The notes: generated by a model from the letters alone, not told the origin. Shown: positions 1 to 12,488, counted from the first letter of the stretch. The stretch: 64,000 nucleotides of DNA from Adineta vaga (GCA_021613535.1 CP075497.1:5518001-5582000); one strand, 5' to 3'. A program made the numbers and translations.

Positions 1-2140
1 TCGTACTCGAAATCATAATAATAATCTAATCCAACATTCTTCTCATTATGATAATGGACTTGTGCAATCGAATCATAATCATAATCATATTCGGAAAGAT
101 AGCAAAATAAATGTACTAATTGATCAATTGATTCAAGTACAACAAGTTGATAATTTTCAATGTAATCATATGTCTACCGAATAGAACCATCAAGGACGAG
201 AAAACCCTCCAATACACTCAATCAATTATATCAAGTTCAACAAATGATTCATCTCAAACAAAACCTTAATAAGTGATATCTATAAGACGGTGAATGTTGG
301 TGAGAAATTCGTTTGTTTTAGTCTATCCTATCGAGAATATTATTTTCCACGTGAATACATCATACTAAAACGACTGGAAGAAAAAAACAATTTTATCAAT
401 CAAAATCGTTGTAATGTTGATCATCAACTTCGTTCGTTTCAACTTCAATATCAAACGATGAGGTTTGTTTTATTTTCTCACTTGTATACTTTTTAAAATT
501 TTCTCTTTCTTCAATAGCATTTTACTTCAAACTACAACAATCACATCATTTATCTATTCTAAACTGGATTCATATCATCAAAGACCAATAGTCAATAAAT
601 TAAATCAGTCTTTATCAAGGAATGAACGATCTGTTTCTACAACTGCAGAAAGAAATTTGATAAAATCACCAGAAATTCTAACAAGTACTGAGCCTTCAGT
701 TTCATTAACTCTTCTAACATCTTCAAATGAATTAAAACAGCAGCAGCTGCAGCAACAACAATATTCTCAAAATGCGACTGAATCATACATTAGTAGTGAT
801 TATCCAACAAATTCTTACTATGACACCGCAGTTATTGTCGATGTCAGAAAATGTTCACGAATGTCGACATCAAAAACGAATCTAATATATCCACCAATAA
901 TACAAAACAATGGCAATATCCCTGACTCTGACACTTTTCAACAAGCATTATCTTCAGTCTATCCTTCTACAAATCAACCAATTTATTACGATCAACATCC
1001 ACAAACAATATTTCTTTCATGGCCATATAATTTAAGTCATACTCCTCATCAACAAATATCTACAAATTTTCATTACTGTAATCCTGTGATAGTAGATTTC
1101 AAAATCAAACACACGTTTGTTCTACTTAGAATTACAATGAATCAGTTTTAAATATCTCACAAGAAACTACACGATTTTCTCGTTCAACTAATTTTTCCGT
1201 TTCTGTTCATCAGTTTACTGAAAGTCAAAAATTATTATCTTATACCGATGGTGAACAACCTCAGATATTTCTACTGTTCATATGATTAGTGAAGAGAATA
1301 ATCGATCAACAAAATATACGCAAACAATGAATAAAATCAAAGAAATATTAACTATTATTCAAAAGAATTTCTTAAATAAATCAATACACAAAACTTCACT
1401 CGAACGAGAATTAAAATCCATTTCAGCTGATTCTTTAATATCGAATACGAATATACAAACAACTTATTCTGTATCTTCGACTTTATCACTTTTAAACCAG
1501 GATATGTTCCCTCTAGTATCTAGTAAATCAATTGTTAATGAGGAAAATAATATATTACAAAATGAATTAGACTCTCTCAATAGTAATCACTATTTAATTC
1601 AGAAAAATCTTGTAAATAATCGGAATACAAATCAACAATCAAGTGATGATGAAAATGATTCAAAAACATCTTTCAAGTGTATTAGTTTACAATCCCGAAT
1701 AGTAATACTATTCTTAATCATAAAAAGCTTCTTTATAATCTTACATATCTATGTAGTATTCATCTCATCAAACATCTAAACAATACATGTCTCCTTCATT
1801 TATGTTTATCTTACAAATCCTACTTTTCACCTGCATTATAAATCACATTTTAATATATTATCTGTTTGGTAAGATACCAAATGAAACTTTGACCTATAGG
1901 TCTACCACTCACAATTTGTTACTCCGATTTCATCACCATCATACATTAGTAAAACAGAAGAAACAGTGATACATAATAATTATAAAATACTATCTAAAGT
2001 CTTCCAATTTATATGATAATTCGTGAAAGTTTTATATATATATTCTACTATTTAAAATATCAGTAACTACTAAGTTTAAGCATACCATATAATCACTATA
2101 AACGTCGATTGTTCTTCGAATTTATCTGAAATTCTTGAAT
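1..2140 (+). pseudogene. Low-complexity Ser/Thr/Gln/Asn-rich coding-like region with several stops/frameshifts (decayed or mis-assembled gene, 5' end outside window)
   Basis: Open stretches at 2-181, 465-1151 and 1282-1779 with S/T/Q-rich translation; intron-like GT..AG around 1086-1128; frame jump near 1259; in-frame stops at ~182; no recognisable domain. Confidence 0.35.
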
Positions 2141-2405
2141 AAAATACAGTCATTTTTCAAAATCAGACTATTCTTTTTGTCGACAGGCTACCTAGTTAGC
2201 AACCAAAATCGATTGATGACAGACACGTGTAGATAGGTTAACGTAATTTAACCATTTAAATTTTTCTTCTAGATGTCGCTTAATAACAAGTATAATCTTT
2301 CAGAGAAAATGAATGAACATTCGTTTTGAAAGTTATAGGTAATCGGTTTATATATATATATACAAAACAATTTAAAAAAAACGAATTAACAATAAAATAA
2401 TGTAA

Positions 2406-4223
2406 TTATTTCCATACAGATATTTCTTTTTTATCAATAGTCACATGAATTTGTTCAGAAATATCTAATCCACATGCACGTTTAATCCATGTCATACATG
2501 TATTATCATTACTAGTCAATAATGGAAATCGTAATGAATGTTGTTTACAAGAAAGTCGTAAACTAATTAGATTTGATAAGGAACTTAAGATTTCTTTGAC
2601 TATAAATTGAATATTTCTATTAATTGTTCTACTTGATTGTACATGAATCCAGAAATGTTCAAGATTTGGAAAAATCTTTAATATTAATTGAATATCTTCT
2701 AAGCAAATACGTCCATCAGCTCCATTACCATATATTCTAAGTTCATGAAATCGTGTAAATCGAAAATCTATTGGTAAACGTTTGCAAACATAAATCAAAT
2801 CACCGTACATCATTGTCAACGAACATAATCGTGGTGCTAGTCTATCATTATTAGTAAGATACATAAAGAATGGAATGTTCACTTGACATCTTGTTGAACG
2901 AATATAACGTAAAATAGTTAAATTAGGCAATTTTAATTGTTGGTTATTCTCAAGAAATTTACTATCTATTTGATCAGTTACATTAATAGAAACAATATCC
3001 AGTACTTGAAGTGTAAAAAATCGACTAATAACATGTATCCAATCATGAATTGAAGTTGGTTCATGACGACCATCGAAACATAATGTATTTACTCTACGTG
3101 CACGTTTCTGAAATAATTTCATGTTCGTAGTTTTAGCATGACGAGCAAAAGGTGATGTCATAACACCTGTTGCACTTTCGAATTCATATGGAATAATATC
3201 AATATAAAGTACTCGAGTATCAGCATAAGCACAAATGTCTAAACCATTCTGTGCAAATGTTTGTAAATATGGAGTAACATCAACGGGTACTTTGTTCAGT
3301 CCAGTCCATATTTTTAATCCCATATCTAATCGTGAAAGATTTGGTAAATAAGAAAATAAGTCTTTCCATCGATGACCTTGACTATACTGAATATCATCTG
3401 TTTCAATTTCTAATGAAAGACGTTCAATGGTTGGTATATTAATTAATATATTATACAGATCATCGAAAATAAGCAGACGTTTATCTTTAACCCATAAATG
3501 AAAGTCCTTTATATACCTTGGCATGATATCAATCGTTGCATATTGTCTTGGTAGATCAGTAGAAAATAGACTAATTTCAACATGTAATTTGATAAGATTA
3601 GGTGCACGTCGAAAAATTAATATCAGATCATCGGATGTCGCTACACTGATAATTAATTTTTCTAAATACTCACATGTCATAATAGGAACATCGTGCTGTA
3701 ATCTAAAACCATCTTCCGAATCGTAGAGTCGTAATTCTTTGATAGTATTTGGTGTACAAAATAAATATCGATCAAGTAAGACTTTTGTTGTATGAAGTAA
3801 AGAAATTTGTGCATCAATATCAATCATGACCTTTTCAACAGAAAGAATTTTAGGAATAATATCAATATCTTTATTACTAAAATTAATCAACCATATTTGC
3901 TTTAATGATGGTAAAAATTCATGAAGCGATTTGTACGGAGAAATAAATTGATTGAAAAGAACGATTTCTCCAGGTGAATACCATGTATTGATTGTTAATT
4001 TAACAATATAATCAGCATAATAAGGTATGACATGATAACAAAATTGTTGAAATTGTTTGAGTGTTAATTGTTGAAGATTAATATCACGTCGAAATTGTGT
4101 TATCACTCGTTCTAAACGAGAATTCAATTGACTAAAAGCATTGATAATATCAATTGTATTCAAATAAATACAAATTTCCAGTAAAATTTCATCCGGTAAG
4201 TTTTCCAGTTTCAACGAGTACAT
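2406..4223 (-). CDS. Intronless F-box domain protein with LRR-like C-terminal region (paralogue A, ~605 aa)
   Basis: N-terminal KLENLPDEILLEICIYL...AFSQLNSRL F-box-like motif; LxxLxL repeats; ATG at 4223 (ORF track starts at an upstream non-ATG codon); colinear with the paralogue at 9892-11715. Confidence 0.85.
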   Translation of the reverse strand: MYSLKLENLPDEILLEICIYLNTIDIINAFSQLNSRLERVITQFRRDINLQQLTLKQFQQFCYHVIPYYADYIVKLTINTWYSPGEIVLFNQFISPYKSLHEFLPSLKQIWLINFSNKDIDIIPKILSVEKVMIDIDAQISLLHTTKVLLDRYLFCTPNTIKELRLYDSEDGFRLQHDVPIMTCEYLEKLIISVATSDDLILIFRRAPNLIKLHVEISLFSTDLPRQYATIDIMPRYIKDFHLWVKDKRLLIFDDLYNILINIPTIERLSLEIETDDIQYSQGHRWKDLFSYLPNLSRLDMGLKIWTGLNKVPVDVTPYLQTFAQNGLDICAYADTRVLYIDIIPYEFESATGVMTSPFARHAKTTNMKLFQKRARRVNTLCFDGRHEPTSIHDWIHVISRFFTLQVLDIVSINVTDQIDSKFLENNQQLKLPNLTILRYIRSTRCQVNIPFFMYLTNNDRLAPRLCSLTMMYGDLIYVCKRLPIDFRFTRFHELRIYGNGADGRICLEDIQLILKIFPNLEHFWIHVQSSRTINRNIQFIVKEILSSLSNLISLRLSCKQHSLRFPLLTSNDNTCMTWIKRACGLDISEQIHVTIDKKEISVWK

Positions 4224-5059
4224 ATTTGTTTTGAACAGATAATCAATCAATAAATGATACTTATTTTGTTTTCTTTCTCCGACGTGTGATTACCTTTTTC
4301 TTTCTTCATATAATTAACATGTATACATACGTTATATCGACATAAAAAAATAAAGAAAGAGAATATATATATATATATCTACATTACACGTATAAAGAAA
4401 GCTGGTATACAAGATATTTATAAAGATCTGCGGAACTATGACAAAAATGATAAGGAAAAAAGAAGTGTCCCTTTAATCGTATTCATTTGTTTGATATCTC
4501 TGGATATTTTGTGATGACTGAAGAATATAGAAGAATTATTGACAAAAAATATAGCTTTCGAGTTACGAGTTTTATTTATGTATGACAGAGGCTAATGATT
4601 ACTGACGTATTCAAGGTAGTTTAATACAATGATAATTACTATCGTATATATGTAGTCTGTTATGGATATGATATCCGAACAAGATAATAGCCTTGAGCAA
4701 TGTTTCATAGTCTAGTGTCTGCTTTCAAGGTTGAGAGATAAGTATAAAATAACATATTTTTGAACAAAAAAAGAAGAAACTGGTGTTCTTTTATAACTCA
4801 AATGCAGAAGAATTTCATCATTCTTTTCATATAAAGAAGTCACTGATATTTTGATAATGAAATAACGACTTTTTATAAAAGAAATGTTCTTTTTCGTATG
4901 AATAGAATAATTGGTTGATGACCTAATTGTGCACATGATAATACAGTTGAAAAAATGATAGAAACTATTCAACAAAAAAACGAAATTTTTTATAAAGATA
5001 AATGCTATTTGCACAACATATTTTTCAACACTTTCAGTTTAAATATGATCTCCTAAAAC

Positions 5060-6083
5060 ATCCAAAGTTTATGGGAAAACTGTTACTACGATCTCTATTT
5101 CTGATATTGAACACATTCAAATGTCTCATAGCACTGAGTTATTGATTTCATTATTTCATCGATAGAAACCCATAGAAGACACCGATCTTAAAATTCAAGA
5201 ATATTCTAGTAGTGATATTCCATTCTTTCCTAATATGAAATCTACAATAAAACAGAAGGAATAAGTATTCTTTGAACGTATTCTCTAATCCATGCTTGAC
5301 CACTGGGTTCAATTAATTTCTATTTTATTATCAGTCAATGTTCCGAGCCGATCAACAACTACATGGCTATTTAGTACAATCTATTTGAGATTATGGAATC
5401 GACCTGGATCCTTGGCCATGTAGACTATTTATCTGCTAATTATTTTCAATACTTGATAGGAGTATCGGAGTAGACAAATAAGCACAGTTTTCTATTCTTG
5501 ATCTACACACAAGCTCTCATACCTCAATATTGCAATTGGATGATATGGATGCTTGGTTCACCCATAACTTCCTCATCTACATTCATGTTCATATCCTTCT
5601 CACTCAAAAGCATAAGTTGAGCAGAATAGCAACATTAATATCATCGAAACTGGCCACTGCGAGATCTAATTTATTGTCTTGATTAAAATCATCCGCAATC
5701 ACAGATCGTGGATACTTTGCCAGTCGCATGGACTTGCTGCGTTTGAAAAATGCCATTCTCAATTCCGATCAAGATGTTAAGACCTGAAGTAATGTAACCA
5801 ATCGCTGCTAATCTATTTTATTACCCTGATTCAAATCACTCGATATTACATATTGTGGATTTGGTCCAGTCGAATAGGTTTGAAGATGCTCACGCTGTTT
5901 TGTCAGTTATTTAACACCGCTAGATCGAGTTTATTGTCCTGATTAAAATCGAACGATACCAGAAAAAGTAGAGAAACACCGAGCATACATCGTCGATACC
6001 CTTTGTATAGTATTGGAGCGGTACTTGCTAAAATGAGTCCTCTTGTATTCAATTGAAAATCAAATCAAATTAAAATAATGCCA
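5060..6083 (-). pseudogene. Degenerate FG-GAP/VCBS-repeat protein pseudogene
   Basis: Minus strand gives DFNQDNKLDLAV (5915-5950 and 5655-5690), TYSTGPNPQYVISSDLNQGNKID (~5810-5880) and YPRSVIADDF, interrupted by stops and frameshifts. Confidence 0.75.
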
Positions 6084-6296
6084 TATATCTCACGCACACC
6101 CACTCGCACCCTCTTCTATATTTAATTATATACAGTCAAATCATATTTTTGTATTTCTTATTAAGATACTAAAAACAGATGAAATTCTAGTTTGATGAAG
6201 TGTTATTTTTCTTTTCTTAAGATATTTCAATCAGAAATTGAACATTTTTCAAGATTTTATTTTGAAAGAAATTATATGAATGTCAACTGTGGATAT

Positions 6297-7856
6297 TTAA
6301 TGTTCATTTTTCTTGAACCAATCCATCAACAATATTTGTCGATCGGTTGCAACAGGAGCATGTTGTGTGTTATATTTATCACCAATATGTTCGACACTCC
6401 AACCTGGCCATTCACGAAATGCATGATAAGCCCAATCCCAATCGTTTTCTTCGAAAATATCAATTACATCACGTAAATAAGCATAGGCACTATTTCCTGG
6501 TGCCCAACGAATAGCAGAAAATTCGCCAACATAAACATGAACATTGTAATCACGTTGCCAATCAAGAACACGTTTCATATTAAGACGTAATTGATCTTTA
6601 TCCCACATTTTACCATCTATGATACCTGGATAAGGTACAGGAGGAATATCATTATAAACATTTTGATGTGTGAATGTACCAGGTTCATACATATGAAATG
6701 AATAGACAATTTTATCAAAAGATACTGGTTCAAAATCAACTAAAGCACTTGGCCCTCCCCATGGAGCTCCTTCAAGAATGATGGCATGTTCAGTATCAAT
6801 AGCACGAACACGTTGAATGGTAGCAATAGCTAATTCACGCCAGTCCATTACACCATCCGGAACTATTCCTTCGACTGGTTCATTAACAAGATCATAACCC
6901 CAAACAATTGATTCATTCTTATAACGTCGGGCAATTTTTTCCCACAAGGAAATAAATGTATCTTGAAAACGTTTTTCTTTGAATAAGTTGCATTCTTTGT
7001 CAGCATTACGACCACCAGGAGGTGTATGTAAATCAATAAGTATATGCATACCTAATTGACGACATACTGATAACATTGAGTCAAGATGAGTGAGTGCACC
7101 TTCTAACCATGCTTCATAAGCAGGAATATCACCATTATCCGCTGGACTATGAGGAAATCCATTCCACATTAATTGCCAACGAATATGATTAGCATTCCAA
7201 CCGCCAAAATCTTGAAAATCTTTTTGTTTAAGATTGGTACCTATCATAGCGCCACGTAATCGTGTTAGATTATGACCTTTAAAGGGTGGTCCCGTTGGTG
7301 GAGGTGGTGGTGGAGGACGTGGTTTACCGTAAATAGATACTTTCAGATCATCAAACCAAACGATTCCAGTTACTGCTTCTAGACCAAGTCGAAGTGTTGC
7401 TTGCTTTGTATCGATAGGAATACTAGCAACATAATCTACTGAACGCCAGTCAAAGGTTCCTTGTGGTAGATTTTGTTGTGGATAATTATTACCACCAAGT
7501 CCTTGTGTATGTAGCATAACTTTAATACCATTCCATGAATTTGGAGGTATACTGATATTTTCGGCTTTAACAATGGCTTGAATACGAATTTTATAACCTG
7601 CTAATGTAAGTGCTGGTAAAGCGATAGGTACCCATGTTGATGGAGCATTTGGTTGATTTCGTTCGATACGTAATGCTTGATTACCACGGTCTGTTGTTAC
7701 CAACTGTACTAAAGGTCCCAGAAATCCATTCCAATATGCTTGCTCAGTAGACCCATCAAAACTATGTTGTAAAATAATATCTCCTCTATCGAGTGCTTTA
7801 ATAACAACAAATGTTGTAAAAAAAGCAAATAATAAAGTGCAACTATTGACTTTCAT
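6297..7856 (-). CDS. Secreted glycoside hydrolase family 5 (cellulase family) with N-terminal carbohydrate-binding-like beta-sandwich and poly-Pro linker; intronless; candidate bacterial HGT
   Basis: Signal peptide MKVNSCTLLFAFF...; CBM-like segment ending GIVWFDDLKV; PRPPPPPPP linker; GH5 motifs GANHIR-like (NANHIR), ILIDLH, acid/base YDLVNEP, YSFHMY, nucleophile VYVGEF, WAYH. Confidence 0.92.
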   Translation of the reverse strand: MKVNSCTLLFAFFTTFVVIKALDRGDIILQHSFDGSTEQAYWNGFLGPLVQLVTTDRGNQALRIERNQPNAPSTWVPIALPALTLAGYKIRIQAIVKAENISIPPNSWNGIKVMLHTQGLGGNNYPQQNLPQGTFDWRSVDYVASIPIDTKQATLRLGLEAVTGIVWFDDLKVSIYGKPRPPPPPPPTGPPFKGHNLTRLRGAMIGTNLKQKDFQDFGGWNANHIRWQLMWNGFPHSPADNGDIPAYEAWLEGALTHLDSMLSVCRQLGMHILIDLHTPPGGRNADKECNLFKEKRFQDTFISLWEKIARRYKNESIVWGYDLVNEPVEGIVPDGVMDWRELAIATIQRVRAIDTEHAIILEGAPWGGPSALVDFEPVSFDKIVYSFHMYEPGTFTHQNVYNDIPPVPYPGIIDGKMWDKDQLRLNMKRVLDWQRDYNVHVYVGEFSAIRWAPGNSAYAYLRDVIDIFEENDWDWAYHAFREWPGWSVEHIGDKYNTQHAPVATDRQILLMDWFKKNEH

Positions 7857-8581
7857 CTCAGGATAACAGTCAACAAACCTATTATTGAAAGTCGACTAAT
7901 GTTTCTTATATATTACAAGAAATAAAAGAAATACGGATTAGTTTGTAAAATGATAACGAAAAATATGGGTATTATTAAGAACGTTCTTTTTTTGTATCAT
8001 TTAATGGAAGCTTACTCCAAAATACATTTATTGTACTTAATATCCGCCTCTAAGGTCATTGGTGTATCAAAGATATGTCAGCAATGAAAAAATATTTTCT
8101 TCTTGTTGCTGTTGACTGTACTCAAACCGAATAAGTATAAAAATACAGGTAATAAGTCATTAAATGAAATGCCATGAACAAGGACATATAAATGGCGTTA
8201 CATGTACTTCAAGTGCATAACTTGAAATTAGAAAAAAGTCCCAACATGGTCCGAAAACTCGTCGATATAATCGTATTCTCTACTGGAAAATCGTCATGTC
8301 TAAAATTTTGTATCTATAAGGACAATAAACACATATTATACTTTAACGACCGAGAAACCATCACAGATAGCTTAGATTTTAGTGAATAATTGCATCGTAA
8401 TCGAAACTGAAAAATAGCTCTTAAAAAAGCTTTTAAAGGTATGAAGGTTCAATTATGTTCTTATGATATCAAGATATATTACTTATAATTTAGTTCATAA
8501 TTGTTTCTCTAGTTTGCCATTTCTATTGATCCATTTTTCCATCATTACGAGATACATTTTTCATTTAAAGTTAACAATAAC

Positions 8582-9826
8582 ATGAACAGAATCTCTATGA
8601 AATACATTGAAATAGTCATCATTGGAATACTATTATCTCATTCGTTGGTTGATAGTCGAGTTCTTGGACGTATGGCTAATTCTCGATTTACTAGTGTCGA
8701 TCGACAAAATCAAAATTCCTTATGGTTTTCTATGTTCAACAATTGGTATGAATGTGTTTGTATGGTTTTGTCTAGTCCTTTGTCTTCAACAGCAATCGCT
8801 ATTAATATGTATCGCAATGGATCATGTCAATTATTTGTTACTTTACCATTAACATATACAATGGAAATAAATACAAACTCAACTTTGATCTTATTCAAAC
8901 AATTACCGGCAAGAAATCTTGCTCCTTGTTGTTCTAATTTATCTTGGTTAATGACAAAACTTAGTACATCTCCACAAATATCAGCAAATATGACAAAACC
9001 TACGTTTTTAATATTAGATGATAATAATTATCTTGTTACTGTTGGTTATCGCGGGCCACTTGTTCAGTTCAATCGAACTACACTCAATGTTATACAATCA
9101 AGTTTAGTAGTCAATGATGCAACTAGCATTAGTTATCATAATGGTTTTTATTACCTTGGTAAGTCCTATATTATTTTGTTTCTTATTAAAAAGAAGATTT
9201 GATTGTCCTTTCTTTTTTCAAGCTGATTGTCCAAGCAATTGTGTGATTAATATATTATTAACAAAGAATTTATCTTTTCCCATAGCTAGTATTCCAATAA
9301 CAACTACTGTAGTTCGTAACATCGCATTTATTCGTAATAATTCATTAATGTTAATTGCTTCTAATTCAAAAAATCAAACACTTTTTTTCGATGTTCTTTC
9401 AACAACGAACTATACACCATCAACACCATCGTTTATGACTGTAAATAGACCTTGTGGAGTACAAGCCGTGAATGATACATTTATTTATATTACCTCATGG
9501 TTTGCATCAACTACTATAACTCCTGTATCAACTCTTACATATACGAATAATACATGGCTTTTATCTTCATTACCGAATACAACACCTACAGGTAGTCAAA
9601 AGATTTTTCAAACAACCATCGATAGTTGTGGTCGTTTATGGTTAGCAATAACTGGCTTAGGTATACGAATCTTTGATCCTTGGGGTAACACACTTCTTTA
9701 CGAATGGTCAGTGACAACAGGTATCAATGGATTTCTTTTATCAGATAACTATGAACTTATATTGCTGATTTTACAGCAAATAAAATTCTTTATTACAATC
9801 CGAATATTTTACAATGTACATCATGA
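8582..9826 (+). CDS. Secreted protein: Cys-containing PAN/apple-like N-terminal module plus NHL/beta-propeller-like repeats; 2 exons (8582-9158, 9223-9826) with an apparent 1-bp deletion near 9758
   Basis: Signal peptide; ECVC...NGSCQLF; KPTFLILD, RPCGVQAV, TIDSCGRLW repeats; GT-AG intron 9159-9222; restoring one T gives ELYIADFTANKILYYNPNILQCTS*. Confidence 0.7.
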
Positions 9827-9891
9827 AATGTTTTTGTTTTTTTATTAATAAATAATAACAAATTTTGCACAAAGTTTATTTCGTCATATTT

Positions 9892-11715
9892 TCATTTCCA
9901 TATTGATAACAATTTTTCATTAATAGTCACATGAATTCGTTCATCTTCACCAAGATTACATAGTTCTCGTATCCACTGAGTACATGTTTCTTTATCCATA
10001 GATAATAAAAGTTTCAATGAACTTTTATTACATGATATTCGAAAACTGACTAAATCAGGTGATGCACGTAGAATCGTTTCAATAATCAATTGAAGATGTC
10101 GATTGAGAAATCGACTTGATTGATTATTAAAATAAAAATGATATAAATTCGGAAATGTCTTTAATAATAAATCAATATCTCTTAAAATAACATGACCATC
10201 AGCTTCACCTCCATATAACCAAAGTTCTTTAATACGTTCAAAAGTACAACCAGGTAAACGTTTACATAAATAGATTAAATCTCCATACATCATTGAGAGA
10301 GCTTTTAATTGTGGACTAACCATCGTATTCTTTGCTAAAAACATGAAAAAAGGTACATGTACTTTACAACTTGTCGATCGAATGTAATGTAAATAACCCA
10401 TATGTGGTAATTGAAATGTTTGATTTTCAATATCAATTGCACTATTTTCCTTATCTTGTATGTTAACTGAATTTAATTGAAGAATTTCAATACCAGGAAA
10501 TCGAGTAATAACAGATAACCATTCATTGATATGTGTTGGATCATGTTGTCCATCGACGATAAGTGTTTGAATACGTCTTGATCGTTGATTAAATAATTGT
10601 ATATTTGTTGTTTTTGCTAACATGGCTTTCGGTGATGTTGTGACACTCATATTTGTATCAAATTGTTTCATATTATATGGTACAGTATCAAGATGTAAGA
10701 CTCTCGTATCAACATAACAACAAACCGGTACATTTGTTTGTTCAAATGATTGTATAATTGAATCAATATCTAATGGCATCATTTCTGATTTTAACCAAAT
10801 TCGTAATTTAAAATAGACATGTTTTAATTTCGTTAAACATGATAACATACGAATCCAATAACAAGCACTTCCATAATCAAAATCATTTGTATCCATATCT
10901 AATGAAAGTAGTTCAATACTCGGTATATTACTAACAAGTTTATCTAAATCTTTAGAAGAAAGAACATTTTGATCCGTTGTTTGAAAATGAAAGAATGTCA
11001 AATGTTTTGGTAACATGTCAACAGTTGCATTTTGTCGAAGTTTTTTTGTTGTATGTTGAGCGATTTCAACATTTAAATTCCTGAGATTGGGTGAACGTCG
11101 AAACATTAAAATTAAATCATCTAATAAAGCAACACTGATTGTTAATCGTTCGAGATGACGATTGAAATGAATTGGCATATGATGTTGTAGACGAATACCA
11201 CCTTCAATACCCCATAAACGTATTTCTTTGAAATGTGATGATGATGAACAAAAGAGATATTTATCTAATAGAACATGTGTTGAATATGCTAGAGGTACTA
11301 ATGCATCTGCATCGATAAAAATCTTTTCAATTCTATCAAGTTTTGAAAGAATTTCAAAATCATTATTTGTAAAATCAATCAATCGAACTTGTTTGATATT
11401 TGGTAAGAGATAATAAAGAGAATCATAAGATTTTATGAATTGATTGAAAAGATAGATCTGTCCGGGTGAATTCCAATTACTCACAACTAAATTAACAATT
11501 GATTTAGCTGTATAATGTAATAGATGATTAAACCATCGTTGAAATTGATATAATGTTAAATGATGAAGATCAGCATCACGTCGATATTGACTAATTGTTT
11601 GTTCTAAACGATGATTTAAATGTCCAAAACTATTGACAACATCATATGGTCTCAAATAAAGACAAATTTCCAAGAAAATTTCATCAGGTAATTGTTCGAG
11701 TCTCGTCGGGTGCAT
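9892..11715 (-). CDS. Intronless F-box domain protein with LRR-like region (paralogue B, 607 aa)
   Basis: RLEQLPDEIFLEICLYL F-box-like motif; blocks shared with paralogue A (SPGxIxLFNQFI, YxDTRVL, YIRSTxCxV, MMYGDLIY, IHVTIxxKxxSxWK). Confidence 0.85.
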   Translation of the reverse strand: MHPTRLEQLPDEIFLEICLYLRPYDVVNSFGHLNHRLEQTISQYRRDADLHHLTLYQFQRWFNHLLHYTAKSIVNLVVSNWNSPGQIYLFNQFIKSYDSLYYLLPNIKQVRLIDFTNNDFEILSKLDRIEKIFIDADALVPLAYSTHVLLDKYLFCSSSSHFKEIRLWGIEGGIRLQHHMPIHFNRHLERLTISVALLDDLILMFRRSPNLRNLNVEIAQHTTKKLRQNATVDMLPKHLTFFHFQTTDQNVLSSKDLDKLVSNIPSIELLSLDMDTNDFDYGSACYWIRMLSCLTKLKHVYFKLRIWLKSEMMPLDIDSIIQSFEQTNVPVCCYVDTRVLHLDTVPYNMKQFDTNMSVTTSPKAMLAKTTNIQLFNQRSRRIQTLIVDGQHDPTHINEWLSVITRFPGIEILQLNSVNIQDKENSAIDIENQTFQLPHMGYLHYIRSTSCKVHVPFFMFLAKNTMVSPQLKALSMMYGDLIYLCKRLPGCTFERIKELWLYGGEADGHVILRDIDLLLKTFPNLYHFYFNNQSSRFLNRHLQLIIETILRASPDLVSFRISCNKSSLKLLLSMDKETCTQWIRELCNLGEDERIHVTINEKLLSIWK

Positions 11716-12488
11716 ACTTCAAAACAATAACCGTTCGTATGATAAGGTCCTTTTCTCCTGTACTGTCTTTTTTTTTCTTCTCTTATTTTACAAAACGTCG
11801 CGTCTTTCGTTTCTATTTGTCGCCTATAAACGGAAAGAACCTTGCCATAAACGAATATGTAAAACAACGAATCATAATAACAGCAAAACATTACGTATCA
11901 TTACCACATTACATTCTTCGACGGAATGACAAAAATCGTTATTGAATTCTATGTAATTTATTCACGTACAATGTACAAACGATCGTTATGGAATATACAT
12001 ATACATGTCTCTAGACGTAATGTTGAAAAAAAAACAAAAAGATTTTTTGTCTATACTATCGATTATGAAGGTCGACAATGTGTAAATTCTTTCTATGCTT
12101 TTTTGACTTGTCATCCAATTTTCACTTTATTTTTTCAATTATTTATCTTTAGTCTATACTTTAAAAGAAAATAATGGCTCTCAGGCATCATTAAACACAA
12201 TGTGCATTTAGTAGTCATTTTTCATTCGAAATTGCTCTTATTTGTATGTTATTATAATCAATTATATGATTATATTTTATTGATTATTTTTAGTATTCGT
12301 TAATCTAAGACATGATCTATTTTATTATCTAAAAATACAACGTGTAGAAAAAAAGAGACTTTGAATGAATACCATCATACACACACGACATTAGGTTCTT
12401 TTTTTTTCTCAACAGATTTTCTGTACACGTATTATAAATCAGTCAAATGTGAAAGAAAAAGGTGACATCAGGAGGACTAGAATTAATT

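Noticed and set aside
4712-5014. 100-aa minus-strand ORF
   Set aside because: Non-ATG start, F/I/K-rich composition typical of AT-rich non-coding or decayed DNA, no motif.
11646-12174. ORFs overlapping the 5' region of F-box paralogue B
   Set aside because: Promoter/UTR sequence; no domain or coding bias.
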